The notes: generated by a model from the letters alone, not told the origin. 64,000 nucleotides of DNA from an uncultured Fidelibacterota bacterium (GCA_913040915.1 CAJWHW010000007.1:11239-75238); one strand, 5' to 3'. Counted from the stretch's first letter, positions 1-13,047 are shown. A program made the numbers and translations.

Positions 1-816
1 TTCATCCCATTCTTCTTCAAAACTTGATGAAAATACAGGCGCACTATTGTCTCTTACATTGAGATTGAATTCCTTGGTAATGAATAATCCACCTTCATCT
101 GTAAGTTTTAAACTAAAGGATAGATTAGGGTTTGCAGAATCAGGAGTGCCTACAAGTTTATTTCCATTCACTGAAATCCAATCAGGATTATTGACCAATG
201 TCAATGTAGAATTATACGTTAAATCAGTATCTCCCCATTTTATTTCACCTGACTCATAGGGGATTCCTATGTCGGCTAAGCCAGAGTATACATTAGAATT
301 ATCCCAAGTTGGGTTTTCATTCACATTTGTTATCTCTACGCTAACTGTAAGTGAGCCCTTTTCTTCACTAGGGCTATCATCTGTAACCTCCATTAATACG
401 TCGCACTGAGTACTAGCTCCATTTTGCGAATGGAGTGCTTCATAATTAATATTCGCACTCTCCAAGAGTACAAGTTTCCAAGCTCCTGAAGAATCTTGTA
501 AAATAGTAAAAATGTTTCTGTCATTCCCATTAATTGTTTGGGATTTTATTACAACAGATTTTATTTCATCATCAGGATTGATGTCATCTACTTCAATAGT
601 ACCAATTGTAGTGCTCGTACCTTCCTGATCTTCTGGGAGCTGCCCTACATTATTATCATTAAAACTAATATCCCATTCAATACTGCCTTTGGGTTCACCA
701 GGCTCGAGGACCTGAGTATTGCCTGGTAAATCAAGTTCGACATCTTCACAACTAATTATAAAAAGATAAATGATTAATGATATAAGTTTTTTAAAATGGT
801 TTGATTTTAGTCTCAT
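1..816 (-). CDS. Cadherin/Ig-like domain surface lipoprotein (partial, runs off the left edge; not in the ORF track)
   Basis: Hand translation from ATG at 816 is open for 272 codons to base 1. MRLKSNHFKKLISLIIYLFIISC is a signal peptide with lipobox Cys23. Cadherin-type motifs follow (LPED, INYE, VTDD, EITNVNENP), then PDWISVNGNKLVGTP (Ig/He_PIG-like) and VRDNSAPVF. Confidence 0.8.
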   Translation of the reverse strand, partial: MRLKSNHFKKLISLIIYLFIISCEDVELDLPGNTQVLEPGEPKGSIEWDISFNDNNVGQLPEDQEGTSTTIGTIEVDDINPDDEIKSVVIKSQTINGNDRNIFTILQDSSGAWKLVLLESANINYEALHSQNGASTQCDVLMEVTDDSPSEEKGSLTVSVEITNVNENPTWDNSNVYSGLADIGIPYESGEIKWGDTDLTYNSTLTLVNNPDWISVNGNKLVGTPDSANPNLSFSLKLTDEGGLFITKEFNLNVRDNSAPVFSSSFEEEWDE

Positions 817-1092
817 AGATTATTTTAACTTTTAATTTTTTGGGAAATGATAGTATTCAAACCTTAGAAATAATCCAATAAACATACTGTATTGGAAAGT
901 TTTCGCCAATTTTACTTTCATTCGACGAAAGACTATTGAAAATTGTTTGAATTACCAATCCTTACCTCGATAACTAAATGAAATTTAATGTGCATCTATC
1001 ATAAATAGGGGAAAAAGTATTGTCCATAAATAAAAGAAATAATTCTTTAATTGCTATAAAATTCTAAAAACTGAAACTACTAGAAAGAAAAT

Positions 1093-1929
1093 TTAATCTC
1101 TGAATTTGGCACCTACAGGAGGTCGGTAAGCCTGAAAAGGAATTAATATTAAATTTTTTAAACTTGAATGCTCCCGTACTTCCAGATGGGTGTCAATACC
1201 GTACTCTAATTCATCTATTTTTCGATGAGAAGTAGTAGAAAAAAGATGATCCCAAATGGAAAATATATTACCATAGTTCGAATCTGTATCCGGCAATATG
1301 TAATGATGATGAATTTTGTGGAAATGGGGCGTAACAAAGATCCAGGATAAAGGTTTATCCAACCATCCAGGTACTTGAATATTAGCATGAGTCAGGGCAG
1401 CAAAAAAGGCTGAAATAGTCTGGTACAGCATAACAAGGCCAAAAGACGCACCTGTAATCAATACCGCTAGAGTTGTAAATAGGAGACGGAAAATATTTTC
1501 GCCGGGATGGTGACGGAGACCTGTGGTCACATCTACATTAGTATCAGTATGATGTATTAAATGGAATTTCCACATCCATTTTACCTTGTGTTCCAGCCAG
1601 TGAATGAGCCAGGCTCCAATTAAATCTAAAAGAACCAATCCAGCAATCACATAAGCCCATAAGGGAAATTGAATCCAGTTTAATATACCGGATTGATTAG
1701 ATTGGCCAAAATTAACTGCAGACACAATCAGGGATGCCCCGATGAGATTTATGAGGAGTGTAATGAGCGTAAAAGTTAGGTTAATTCTTGCATGTTTAAG
1801 TTTATTGTAATCCATCTGAAAAAGAGGGGCAATTGCTTCCAGAGATAGAAATAAGCCTAATCCGCTAATCAGAAAAATGGATCTTGTTGATGAAGGAACT
1901 GTTTCGAAAAAAGTCAGGAGTTCCTGCAT
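1093..1929 (-). CDS. Sterol desaturase / fatty acid hydroxylase superfamily membrane protein
   Basis: His boxes HWLEH, HLIHH and HKIHH, plus NYGNIFSIWDHLF and several TM segments. ATG at 1929 is preferred over GTG at 1938 because AGGTGA lies upstream of it. Confidence 0.85.
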   Translation of the reverse strand: MQELLTFFETVPSSTRSIFLISGLGLFLSLEAIAPLFQMDYNKLKHARINLTFTLITLLINLIGASLIVSAVNFGQSNQSGILNWIQFPLWAYVIAGLVLLDLIGAWLIHWLEHKVKWMWKFHLIHHTDTNVDVTTGLRHHPGENIFRLLFTTLAVLITGASFGLVMLYQTISAFFAALTHANIQVPGWLDKPLSWIFVTPHFHKIHHHYILPDTDSNYGNIFSIWDHLFSTTSHRKIDELEYGIDTHLEVREHSSLKNLILIPFQAYRPPVGAKFRD

Positions 1930-1969
1930 TTTTAACACTCACCTAAAAGCATATATGTTATCAACAATA

Positions 1970-2884
1970 TTATTTCCCAGCCAAGGTGACCATAATGGCA
2001 TTCTGAGCATGCATCCTGTTTTCAGCTTCATCAAATACTATAGAATATTCTGCTTCCATGACACCGTCCGTGACTTCCCGACCACGTTCAGCTGGCAGAC
2101 AGTGCATGAATAAGGTTTCCTTACCTGTTGCCTCCATTAATGCTTCATTGACCTGAAAATCAGCAAAGATGCGTTCTCGCTCTTCTGCTTCTTCCTTTTT
2201 GTCCATAGACGCCCACACATCCGTGTAAATCACATCAGCACTATTTACAGCAGACTTGGGATTATGAGATAATTCAAAAGTAGAAATACCTGAATCTTCA
2301 ACCATCTTAACTGTTTCTGAATCGGGCTCAAATCCTGTCGGGCCGCAACAGACAAAATGCATGGGTAATTTACTTGCAAGCTGTAACCAGGAATGAACAA
2401 TGTTATTCCCATCACCCATATAGGTTACCTTTAAATCATCAAGATTGCCACGATGTTCCCAGATAGTTAGTATGTCAGCCATAATCTGACAGGGGTGGTT
2501 GTAATCTGTGAGTCCATTAATAACGGTAGAATCTGAATATTTTGCCAATTCTAGCATATTCTCATGATCAAAGAGACGAGCCATAATAAGATTGTTATAG
2601 CGTGAAATAACACGGGCAATATCCTTGATTTCTTCGCGCTTACCGATCCCAATATCGCTTGGACCTAGAAATAGAGCATGACCGCCCATCCATGTAAAAC
2701 CGGTTTCAAAAGAAATCCGGGTTCTTGCAGAAGGTTTTGCAAAGATCATGGCCAATGATTGATCCTTGAATGGTTTATATTCCTCCCTTTTTTTATATTT
2801 TGTCTTGATTTCCTTAGCAAGTTGCAACAAAGCCAACAGTTCATCCTTTGAAAAATCTGCGATATGTAAAAAGTGATTTGGCAT
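1970..2884 (-). CDS. argF: Ornithine carbamoyltransferase
   Basis: KPSARTR (carbamoyl-phosphate site), HPCQ, GDGNN, HCLP and AENRMH motifs. Confidence 0.93.
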   Translation of the reverse strand: MPNHFLHIADFSKDELLALLQLAKEIKTKYKKREEYKPFKDQSLAMIFAKPSARTRISFETGFTWMGGHALFLGPSDIGIGKREEIKDIARVISRYNNLIMARLFDHENMLELAKYSDSTVINGLTDYNHPCQIMADILTIWEHRGNLDDLKVTYMGDGNNIVHSWLQLASKLPMHFVCCGPTGFEPDSETVKMVEDSGISTFELSHNPKSAVNSADVIYTDVWASMDKKEEAEERERIFADFQVNEALMEATGKETLFMHCLPAERGREVTDGVMEAEYSIVFDEAENRMHAQNAIMVTLAGK

Positions 2885-2894
2885 TTTTTTACCC

Positions 2895-4235
2895 TTATAG
2901 AATGTAGCGGCTCAGATCAGGGTCTGTCACAATACCATTTAAAGTTTCTTTCACAATTTTACCAGTAATCTTTATTTTTTTCGTACCCCTCTTTGGTTGA
3001 TCAAAAAGGTGATTCTCTAAAAGAGTGGTCATAATCGTATGTAGCCTTCTAGCTCCGATATTTTCCATTTTACTATTCACGGCCGAAGCCAATTCTGCAA
3101 TAGCATTTAATGCTGTATCGTTGAATTCAAGTTCAACATCTTCTGCGCCTAAAAGAGCCGTATATTGTTTAATCAAGGCAGAGCGAGGATGAGTTAAAAT
3201 TTTGATAAAATCACTTTTTGTGAGTTTATCCATTTCCACTCGAATTGGAAATCTACCCTGTAATTCTGGAATCATATCTGAAGGAGTACTCACATGAAAT
3301 GCGCCTGCAGCAATAAATAAAATGTGATCAGTAGAAATCGACCCGTATTTTGTATTTACATTGCTACCCTCCACAATCGGGAGCAAATCCCGCTGAACAC
3401 CTTCCCGGCTTACATCTGGGCCAACACTACCATTCGACCCTACAACTTTATCAATTTCATCTAAAAAAATGATCCCGTGATTTTCAGTGCGGTCCCGCGC
3501 AATTCTGATTACTTCATCCTGATCAATTAATTTAGCTGCTTCGTTTTCTGTCAAGACTTCTCTTGCTTCAGCTACAGTCATTTTTTTGGAACGTTTCTTT
3601 TTTGGAAATTGTCCTGCAAGCATATCTTTAATATTCATGCCGATATCTTCCATCCCCATGGGGCCAAAAACCTGCATCCCGATTGAAGGCTCATCTGAAA
3701 TTTCAATTTCAATCATTTTATCTTCAAAAGAACCGGTTTCCATTTTTTTGCGGATTCTATCACGGGTTCGAGCATGACGTTCTTTTAGGTCTTTAGAAAT
3801 TTTAGGGTCATCTTTATGCTCATCTGGAAATAAAATATCCAGAATTCTTTCATTTGCCAGAAGTTCTGCCAGTTCCAGTACTTCTTCCTCCTTGTCTCTT
3901 TGCGCCATCGTCACAGCTGTATCCATCAAATCTCTAACCATGGATTCTACATCACGGCCAACATAACCCACTTCCGTAAACTTACTGGCTTCAACTTTAA
4001 TGAAAGGTGCATTTGCCAGATTTGAAAGTCTGCGGGCGATCTCCGTTTTACCTACACCTGTAGAACCAATCATAATAATATTATTAGGCATGATTTCATC
4101 TCGGAGTTTTTCGTCTACCTGCTGTCTACGCCAACGGTTTCGCAGCGCGATAGCAACTGCTTTTTTTGCATTCTTTTGGCCAACAATATAACGGTCCAGT
4201 TCTTTCACGATTTGTTTTGGCGTCATTTCTTTCAT
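2895..4235 (-). CDS. hslU: ATP-dependent protease ATPase subunit HslU
   Basis: GSTGVGKTE, GYVGRDVESM, DEIDK, GVQRDLLP, ELQGRFP, NIGARRL and the C-terminal DLSRYIL. Confidence 0.98.
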   Translation of the reverse strand: MKEMTPKQIVKELDRYIVGQKNAKKAVAIALRNRWRRQQVDEKLRDEIMPNNIIMIGSTGVGKTEIARRLSNLANAPFIKVEASKFTEVGYVGRDVESMVRDLMDTAVTMAQRDKEEEVLELAELLANERILDILFPDEHKDDPKISKDLKERHARTRDRIRKKMETGSFEDKMIEIEISDEPSIGMQVFGPMGMEDIGMNIKDMLAGQFPKKKRSKKMTVAEAREVLTENEAAKLIDQDEVIRIARDRTENHGIIFLDEIDKVVGSNGSVGPDVSREGVQRDLLPIVEGSNVNTKYGSISTDHILFIAAGAFHVSTPSDMIPELQGRFPIRVEMDKLTKSDFIKILTHPRSALIKQYTALLGAEDVELEFNDTALNAIAELASAVNSKMENIGARRLHTIMTTLLENHLFDQPKRGTKKIKITGKIVKETLNGIVTDPDLSRYIL

Positions 4236-4777
4236 TAAATCTCCAATACGGTAATTGCATCATTCGTGTAAATACAAAGGTCAGCTGCGATTTTTAATGA
4301 TTTTTCAGCGATTTGCTTAGCTGAATAACTGGATGAACTAATCAATGCAGTTGCAGCAGCTTGGGCAAATCCTCCGCCTGATCCTATGGAAACAATGGGC
4401 CCATCTGGCTCAATTACATTTCCATCTCCAGAGATGATAAAGCTGTAATTTTTATTCATAACAACGAGCATTGCATCCAAATTTCTAAGGACTTTATCCG
4501 TTCGCCAATCTTTAGCCAGTTCAACTACAGTGCGGGTTAAGTCTCCATCATACTTGTCCAGTTTTTGTTCAAATTTTTCAAAAAGTGTTAAGGCATCCGC
4601 TGCTGCACCTGCAAAACCACCTAATACGTCTCCACTCTCACATTCAAATTTGCGAACTTTTACTGCTTTTTGCTTAAACGACATTTCGCCAAAAGTAACT
4701 TGACCATCTCCAGCCATAGCAACTTTACGTTTATGGCGTACCCCTAGTATCGTGGTTGATTTAATAGTTATTTTCAT
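4235..4777 (-). CDS. hslV: ATP-dependent protease peptidase subunit HslV
   Basis: Short propeptide then TTI, GDGQVT, GFAG, WRTD, SIGSGG and CIYTN; coupled to hslU. Confidence 0.97.
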   Translation of the reverse strand: MKITIKSTTILGVRHKRKVAMAGDGQVTFGEMSFKQKAVKVRKFECESGDVLGGFAGAAADALTLFEKFEQKLDKYDGDLTRTVVELAKDWRTDKVLRNLDAMLVVMNKNYSFIISGDGNVIEPDGPIVSIGSGGGFAQAAATALISSSSYSAKQIAEKSLKIAADLCIYTNDAITVLEI

Positions 4778-4818
4778 TTTTTATTCACACTTTATTATAA
4801 TCAAGTGCGGTTTTCAAT

Positions 4819-5664
4819 TTATTGTGTTAATTCCTTAAATAGTTTCGAATCGCCAGGTAGAACCAGCGTAGTTTTTTTATCAATCACTTTTTCATAAGTT
4901 TCTAAAGTACGTAAAAACTCATAAAAATCCGGATCTTTAGAAAAAGATGCAGCATAAATATCCAGGGCTCTGGCTTCACCCTCACCTCTTATTTCCTGAG
5001 CTTGCTTATAAGCATCTGCAAGGATAACTGTTTTATCGCGATCGGTTGCGGCACGAATCTTTTGTGCTTCTTCTTCTCCTTCTGAGCGGAATTTGTTTGC
5101 TTGTCGCTTCCGCTCAGCTTCCATCCGGGCATAGATTGATGCTTCGTTTTCACGGGGTAAATCCACACGGCGAATTCTTACATCTACAACCTCAATACCA
5201 AAGTCCCTCGTCTCTTCATTACTGGCTTTAGTAACTTTATCCATGATGAGCTCACGATTTTCTGTAATGATTTCTACCATATCATGAGTCCCCAGTTCCT
5301 GACGAAGTTCGGAATAGACAATATCATCCAATCGGGTTTTTGCTGTAGGTACCGCTTTCACTGTTTGTAAAAATAAAAGAGGGTCTACAATTCGCCAGCG
5401 AACATAGTTATCAATAATGAGTGATTTTTTATCCCGACTGAGGATTTCTTCAGGTGGCACATCATATTCTAAAAGCCTTTTTTCAAAAGAATTAGCAACT
5501 TGTAGAGGAGCTGGAAGTTTAAAATTCAGCCCCGGTTCTTTAATCGTCTTGACTGGCTTTCCAAACTGAAGAATGACAATTTGTTCCGTTTCATCGATAG
5601 TTATAATACTGGATAAAACAAATAAGAGGGCGAGTACAAAAATTACAATAGTAAAACGTTTCAT
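4819..5664 (-). CDS. hflC: FtsH protease modulator HflC
   Basis: N-terminal TM and SPFH domain; RMEAER, RSEGEE and FYEFLRTLETY motifs. Confidence 0.95.
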   Translation of the reverse strand: MKRFTIVIFVLALLFVLSSIITIDETEQIVILQFGKPVKTIKEPGLNFKLPAPLQVANSFEKRLLEYDVPPEEILSRDKKSLIIDNYVRWRIVDPLLFLQTVKAVPTAKTRLDDIVYSELRQELGTHDMVEIITENRELIMDKVTKASNEETRDFGIEVVDVRIRRVDLPRENEASIYARMEAERKRQANKFRSEGEEEAQKIRAATDRDKTVILADAYKQAQEIRGEGEARALDIYAASFSKDPDFYEFLRTLETYEKVIDKKTTLVLPGDSKLFKELTQ

Positions 5665-6632
5665 TATTTCTGCCCTCCTTTTCCTGCTGTAAGGTTCAAT
5701 AAGTTCAGCATATTTCCACTGTCCTTGTCCGGAATAACAACCTTGTCAATATCAGGTAAAACTTTTTCCATTGTTTCTAAAAACAGGCGTTTTTGGGTAA
5801 TGCTTTTAGCTTTTCTGTATTCTTTTAAAATGGTTGTGAATTTTGTAGCATCACCTTCTGCACGTTTTATACGTGATTCTTTAAATCCTTCCGCATCTCT
5901 AATCATAGCTTCTGCTTCCCCCCGAGCTTTCGGGATTATATCATTTCGATAGCCCTCTGCCTGGTTGACCATTCTATTTTTATCTTCCTTTGCAGAAGCC
6001 ACATCCTTAAATGCGCCAATAACTTCCTTTGGAGGAGATACATCCTGAAGCTGTACTGCAACTACGTGTATCCCTGATTCATATTTATCCAGGATCGCCT
6101 GAAGTTGTGTCTTTGTTTCTTCCTGAATTGTAAATTTTCCTGTAGTAAGTGTTTCATCAATTTTATTTCTACCCACTACGGTTCTGAGACTTGCTTCAGA
6201 AGCTTCCCTAACAGTGAGTTCCGGTCCAACAATATTGAATAGATATGAAACCGGATCCTTAATTTTGTATTGAACAATCATTTCAGCATCAACAATATTT
6301 TCATCTCCCGTAAGCATGAGGCTCTCTTTTTCAACCGTTCGATACTGCCCATTTCGCAATGTCCTAAATCCAATCTCAATACGTTTCACCTCTGTCACTT
6401 TAGGTGTGTTCACACTCTCAATCGGATAAGGGAAATGATAGTTCAATCCTGATTGTGCCACCCGGGTATATTCTCCAAAAGTACGCACAACCCCTACTTC
6501 ATCTGGGCCTACCATATACACACCCGTAAATAACCATAGGGCCAGAGCAATACCCAATAATGGAATCAGTTTGATGTTAAACTCGGGAATCTGAACTTCC
6601 TGATCTCCGACAAATACACGTCTTGTTGCCAT
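5664..6632 (-). CDS. hflK: FtsH protease modulator HflK
   Basis: SPFH domain with MLTGDENIV, AFKDV and PKARGEA; adjacent to hflC. Confidence 0.95.
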   Translation of the reverse strand: MATRRVFVGDQEVQIPEFNIKLIPLLGIALALWLFTGVYMVGPDEVGVVRTFGEYTRVAQSGLNYHFPYPIESVNTPKVTEVKRIEIGFRTLRNGQYRTVEKESLMLTGDENIVDAEMIVQYKIKDPVSYLFNIVGPELTVREASEASLRTVVGRNKIDETLTTGKFTIQEETKTQLQAILDKYESGIHVVAVQLQDVSPPKEVIGAFKDVASAKEDKNRMVNQAEGYRNDIIPKARGEAEAMIRDAEGFKESRIKRAEGDATKFTTILKEYRKAKSITQKRLFLETMEKVLPDIDKVVIPDKDSGNMLNLLNLTAGKGGQK

Positions 6633-6642
6633 AAATACTCCT

Positions 6643-7986
6643 TTAAATTTCTTTTCTTAATCTCGCTACAGGGTATCCCATCTGATCCCTATATTTTGCC
6701 ACGGTTCTTCGTGCAAGTGTATAGCCTTCTTTGGCTAATTCTTCTACAAGTGTATCATCACTTAATGGTTTATGCTTATCTTCAGCCTGAATGATCTTTT
6801 TCAAAGCTCTTTTGATGATAAATGTTCCCAGAATTCTGCCGTCATTTAATTCGATCGAATCTGTAAAAAAATGTTTCAGTTCAAAAATACCATAAGGAGT
6901 ATCAACAAATTTTCTGCGGGTTGAACGACTGATAGTGGAAATATCCATTTTAATTTTATCCGCAATATCCTGAAGTTTCAGAGGCCGAAGAAAATCCATG
7001 TTGCCGGCAAACCATTCTGGCTGAAATTCAATGATAGCACGCATCACATTCACCATGGTAATTCTTCTCTGGTGAACAGCCTCAATAAACCAGTTTGCAG
7101 ATTCCATTTTTTCTTTAATAAATTTTTTGGCATCATTGCTGTATGAACCGTTATCTAATTGTTCTACATAATTTTGGCTAATCCGAAGTTCCGGAATACC
7201 ACCGTCATTTGTCGTAATGACCCAATCATTACCATCTTCTCTGACGATTACATCAGGTATAACAGTTTGAAATTTATCACCATAACCTTCACCTGGACGT
7301 GGATTTAAATGGGTAATATGCTCTATTGCATTATGTAACTCTTTTTCAGTGCACCCAAGACGGCTTTGAATCTTCTCATAGCGTTTGTGCATAAAATCAT
7401 CAAAACAACTATGAACAATTTGGTGAGACAACGAACTTTCCTCACCCTCTAATTGAATCATAAGGCATTCTTCTAAACCTCTTGATGCAATACCTTTTGG
7501 TTCTAAACGCTGCACTTTATGTAGAATGGGTTCGATTTCTTCTTCAAGCATTTCATAACGGTCTGCTATAAGAATTAGATCCGTATCTAGATAGCCACGC
7601 TCATTCGTATTCCAGAGTATTTCTTCTGCAATTTCCCGCTTGTGATCGTCTAAATTAGAATCCTGGAGTTGTTGAATCAAATCCTCAATCAGAGTATGGC
7701 GATCCGGAAGTGGCATTTCCTTTTTTTCTTCGGAGAGGTAATAAGTAGATTCATCGCTGTACATATCTTCCAGTGAAACATCCATATCATCAATTGCTGT
7801 TTCTTCTTTGACTTCTTCCTGCTGGTCTTCAGGTTCTACCTGTTCTAAAAGTGGATTCTGTTCTAATTCCTCTAAAATAGCCTGCTCTAGATTTACGGTA
7901 TTTAACTGTAGAAGTTGAGCTTGAAGTACTTGCCGCGGCGCAAGCTTTTGCTTTTGTGTTTGAATTTGTTTTAAAGATGTCGCCAT
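6643..7986 (-). CDS. rpoN: RNA polymerase sigma-54 factor
   Basis: Gln/Leu-rich region I, ELEQNPLLE, ISTISR HTH and the RpoN box ARRTVAKYR. Confidence 0.97.
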   Translation of the reverse strand: MATSLKQIQTQKQKLAPRQVLQAQLLQLNTVNLEQAILEELEQNPLLEQVEPEDQQEEVKEETAIDDMDVSLEDMYSDESTYYLSEEKKEMPLPDRHTLIEDLIQQLQDSNLDDHKREIAEEILWNTNERGYLDTDLILIADRYEMLEEEIEPILHKVQRLEPKGIASRGLEECLMIQLEGEESSLSHQIVHSCFDDFMHKRYEKIQSRLGCTEKELHNAIEHITHLNPRPGEGYGDKFQTVIPDVIVREDGNDWVITTNDGGIPELRISQNYVEQLDNGSYSNDAKKFIKEKMESANWFIEAVHQRRITMVNVMRAIIEFQPEWFAGNMDFLRPLKLQDIADKIKMDISTISRSTRRKFVDTPYGIFELKHFFTDSIELNDGRILGTFIIKRALKKIIQAEDKHKPLSDDTLVEELAKEGYTLARRTVAKYRDQMGYPVARLRKEI

Positions 7987-8726
7987 TAGTCAAGTTTAAA
8001 TTTTTCACCTAAATAAAGCCTTCGCGCTTCTGCATCATTTGCTAAAAATTTTGATGTGCCGGATTTTAAGATTTGACCGTCAAATAATAAATAGGATCGA
8101 TCTGTAATAGAAAGTGTCTCCCTTACATTATGGTCAGTAATCAAAACACCAATTTCTTTTTCTTTAAGAGAATGAACGATACTTTGAATTTCTTCCACCG
8201 CAATGGGATCTACACCAGCAAAAGGTTCATCGAGTAATATAAAATCTGGATCCATACAAAGGCTCCTGGCTATTTCAACTCGCCGTCGTTCACCGCCTGA
8301 AAGCGTATTACCCTTTGACTTGGATAAATGAGATATGGATAAATCATCAAGAAGAGTTTCCATTTTCACTTTTTGACTATTTTTAGTCAGATCTCTTCGC
8401 ATTTCCAAAACTAGATTTAAATTGTCTTCAACAGAAAGTTTTCCAAAGATGGATGGCTCCTGGGCCAGATAACCGATACCTTTTCGAGCCCGTTTATACA
8501 TTGCATCTTGAGTGATTTCTGTATCATCAAGAAACACATCTCCTTTTGTAGGTTTAATCATTCCTGTTATCATATAAAATGAAGTCGTTTTCCCAGCTCC
8601 GTTAGGCCCTAAAAGCCCAACAATTTCCCCACGGTCAACAGTTAAATCTACATCCTGTACAACCATTCGTTTACCGTACTGTTTATATAAACCTTTTGCA
8701 TGGAGAGTATTATGACGATCTCTCAT
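7986..8726 (-). CDS. lptB: LPS export ABC transporter ATPase LptB
   Basis: GPNGAGKTT, YLAQEPSIF, LSGGERRRVEIAR, DEPFAGVDP, TDHNVRETL and YLGEKF. Confidence 0.97.
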   Translation of the reverse strand: MRDRHNTLHAKGLYKQYGKRMVVQDVDLTVDRGEIVGLLGPNGAGKTTSFYMITGMIKPTKGDVFLDDTEITQDAMYKRARKGIGYLAQEPSIFGKLSVEDNLNLVLEMRRDLTKNSQKVKMETLLDDLSISHLSKSKGNTLSGGERRRVEIARSLCMDPDFILLDEPFAGVDPIAVEEIQSIVHSLKEKEIGVLITDHNVRETLSITDRSYLLFDGQILKSGTSKFLANDAEARRLYLGEKFKLD

Positions 8727-9247
8727 TTAAATTCCCTTCCTGTAACACCGGATGGATTCAAAATTCGCCAATTCTTTAAATCGGAGTCTGATTCAAATCC
8801 TACCCCATAAAGGGAATCAGCTTTTTCCGTTGTAATCATAATATTATCTTTTGTGCGAAGTTTTTCTTCCCTTGAACTCCAAGTTAAAGTATTGGTATAT
8901 AGTGTGATACCGCTATCAGAAACCGCCACAACATTTCCAATTGCTTTCATATCATTAGAAGACTGATCCACTTCTGCTTTATCAGAAGTAAGAACAGATG
9001 TATGCTGTTCTTTATCATCATAAAAATCCACTATAACGCTGCTGTCAAGTAGAACAAATGCACGATCATTATATTTTTCTAAATGGCCAGATTGAACTTT
9101 TGCGCGCATCATTCCTTGATCCGTTAATATAATGGTTACCCCCCAGCTTTCTTGGTCAGGAAGACCAGCTCTAGACGGAAGATCTTCAACTCTCTCCCGC
9201 TGGCATGATATAAATATCAATAATATAAATAAAAAAAAAGAGCGCAT
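8723..9247 (-). CDS. lptC: LPS export periplasmic protein LptC (lipoprotein type)
   Basis: Lipobox FISC, beta-jellyroll-like sequence ending GVGFESD; sits between kdsC and lptB. Confidence 0.85.
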   Translation of the reverse strand: MRSFFLFILLIFISCQRERVEDLPSRAGLPDQESWGVTIILTDQGMMRAKVQSGHLEKYNDRAFVLLDSSVIVDFYDDKEQHTSVLTSDKAEVDQSSNDMKAIGNVVAVSDSGITLYTNTLTWSSREEKLRTKDNIMITTEKADSLYGVGFESDSDLKNWRILNPSGVTGREFK

Positions 9248-9251
9248 AGGA

Positions 9252-12207
<2,956 letters not shown>

Positions 12208-12942
12208 TTAATATTCCAGCTGAATTGGTTTTTGTAAATTGTTCATAATTTTAGAAACTTTTTCTAAATCTCCTTCTGTATCCACAGCCCATTGATCGCA
12301 ATTTGATATCATGGCCCGAATAGGTAGACCATTATCTAAGGCTCTCAATTGTTCCAAAGATCGTTCAACTTCTCTTTGACTTGGTTCCATCATAGTAAAC
12401 TGGTATAATGCATTTCTGCGGAATCCATATATTCCAATATGACGATAAACGCCACCGATTTCTAAATCAAAAATATTTCGTTTGAATTCAATACAATTAG
12501 ATTGATCATCCAATAATGCCTTTACAATATTGGGGTTTAATAAATTGCTGACAGTAAGCCTGCGACTAACAACAGTGGACATATGCACCTTTTGATCTTC
12601 AAAAGTTGTGACCAAAGCATCTATCAGATCGGGATCTATTAGAGGTTCATCTCCCTGAATGTTTATTATTATTTCAGCCTCATCTATTTTTTGGATGACT
12701 TCTGCAACTCTGTCTGTACCAGATTGATGTTGCCTAGAAGTCATCACCATTTCAAAATCAAATTCAGCCAATGCTTCCTGAGTCTCTTCCGAATCAATAG
12801 CCAAAATAACCCTATCAATAGAATTAGCTTCTTTTACCCGATCTACGACATGCGCAATCATCGGTTTGCCATGGAGGAGAGCCAAAATCTTTTTTGGAAA
12901 TCTTTTTGAATCAAGCCGTGCAGGTATTACACCGATATTCAT
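12208..12942 (-). CDS. kdsB: 3-deoxy-manno-octulosonate cytidylyltransferase
   Basis: IPARLDSKRFPKK, SGTDR, NIQGDEP, HIGIYGF and LEQLRAL. Confidence 0.95.
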   Translation of the reverse strand: MNIGVIPARLDSKRFPKKILALLHGKPMIAHVVDRVKEANSIDRVILAIDSEETQEALAEFDFEMVMTSRQHQSGTDRVAEVIQKIDEAEIIINIQGDEPLIDPDLIDALVTTFEDQKVHMSTVVSRRLTVSNLLNPNIVKALLDDQSNCIEFKRNIFDLEIGGVYRHIGIYGFRRNALYQFTMMEPSQREVERSLEQLRALDNGLPIRAMISNCDQWAVDTEGDLEKVSKIMNNLQKPIQLEY

Positions 12943-13047
12943 CTGATTTTTTATATATTTTTATTGGGGACACGTTTTGGACACCCATGTTCAAATGAAA
13001 GGAATTTTTATCATGGATAAAACTAAAAATAAATGAGTTATAAAAAA

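Noticed and set aside
47..729. Plus-strand ORFs 47-259 and 538-729
   Set aside because: Antisense shadows of the minus-strand cadherin lipoprotein, with no protein-like features.
874..896. Inverted repeat TCCAATA-N9-TATTGGA upstream of the cadherin gene
   Set aside because: Seven-bp arms in AT-rich DNA, with no second copy found; cannot be distinguished from chance.
893..909. Possible sigma-54 promoter for the cadherin gene (minus strand TTGGCGAAAACTTTCC)
   Set aside because: GG-N10 is followed by CC rather than the near-invariant GC.
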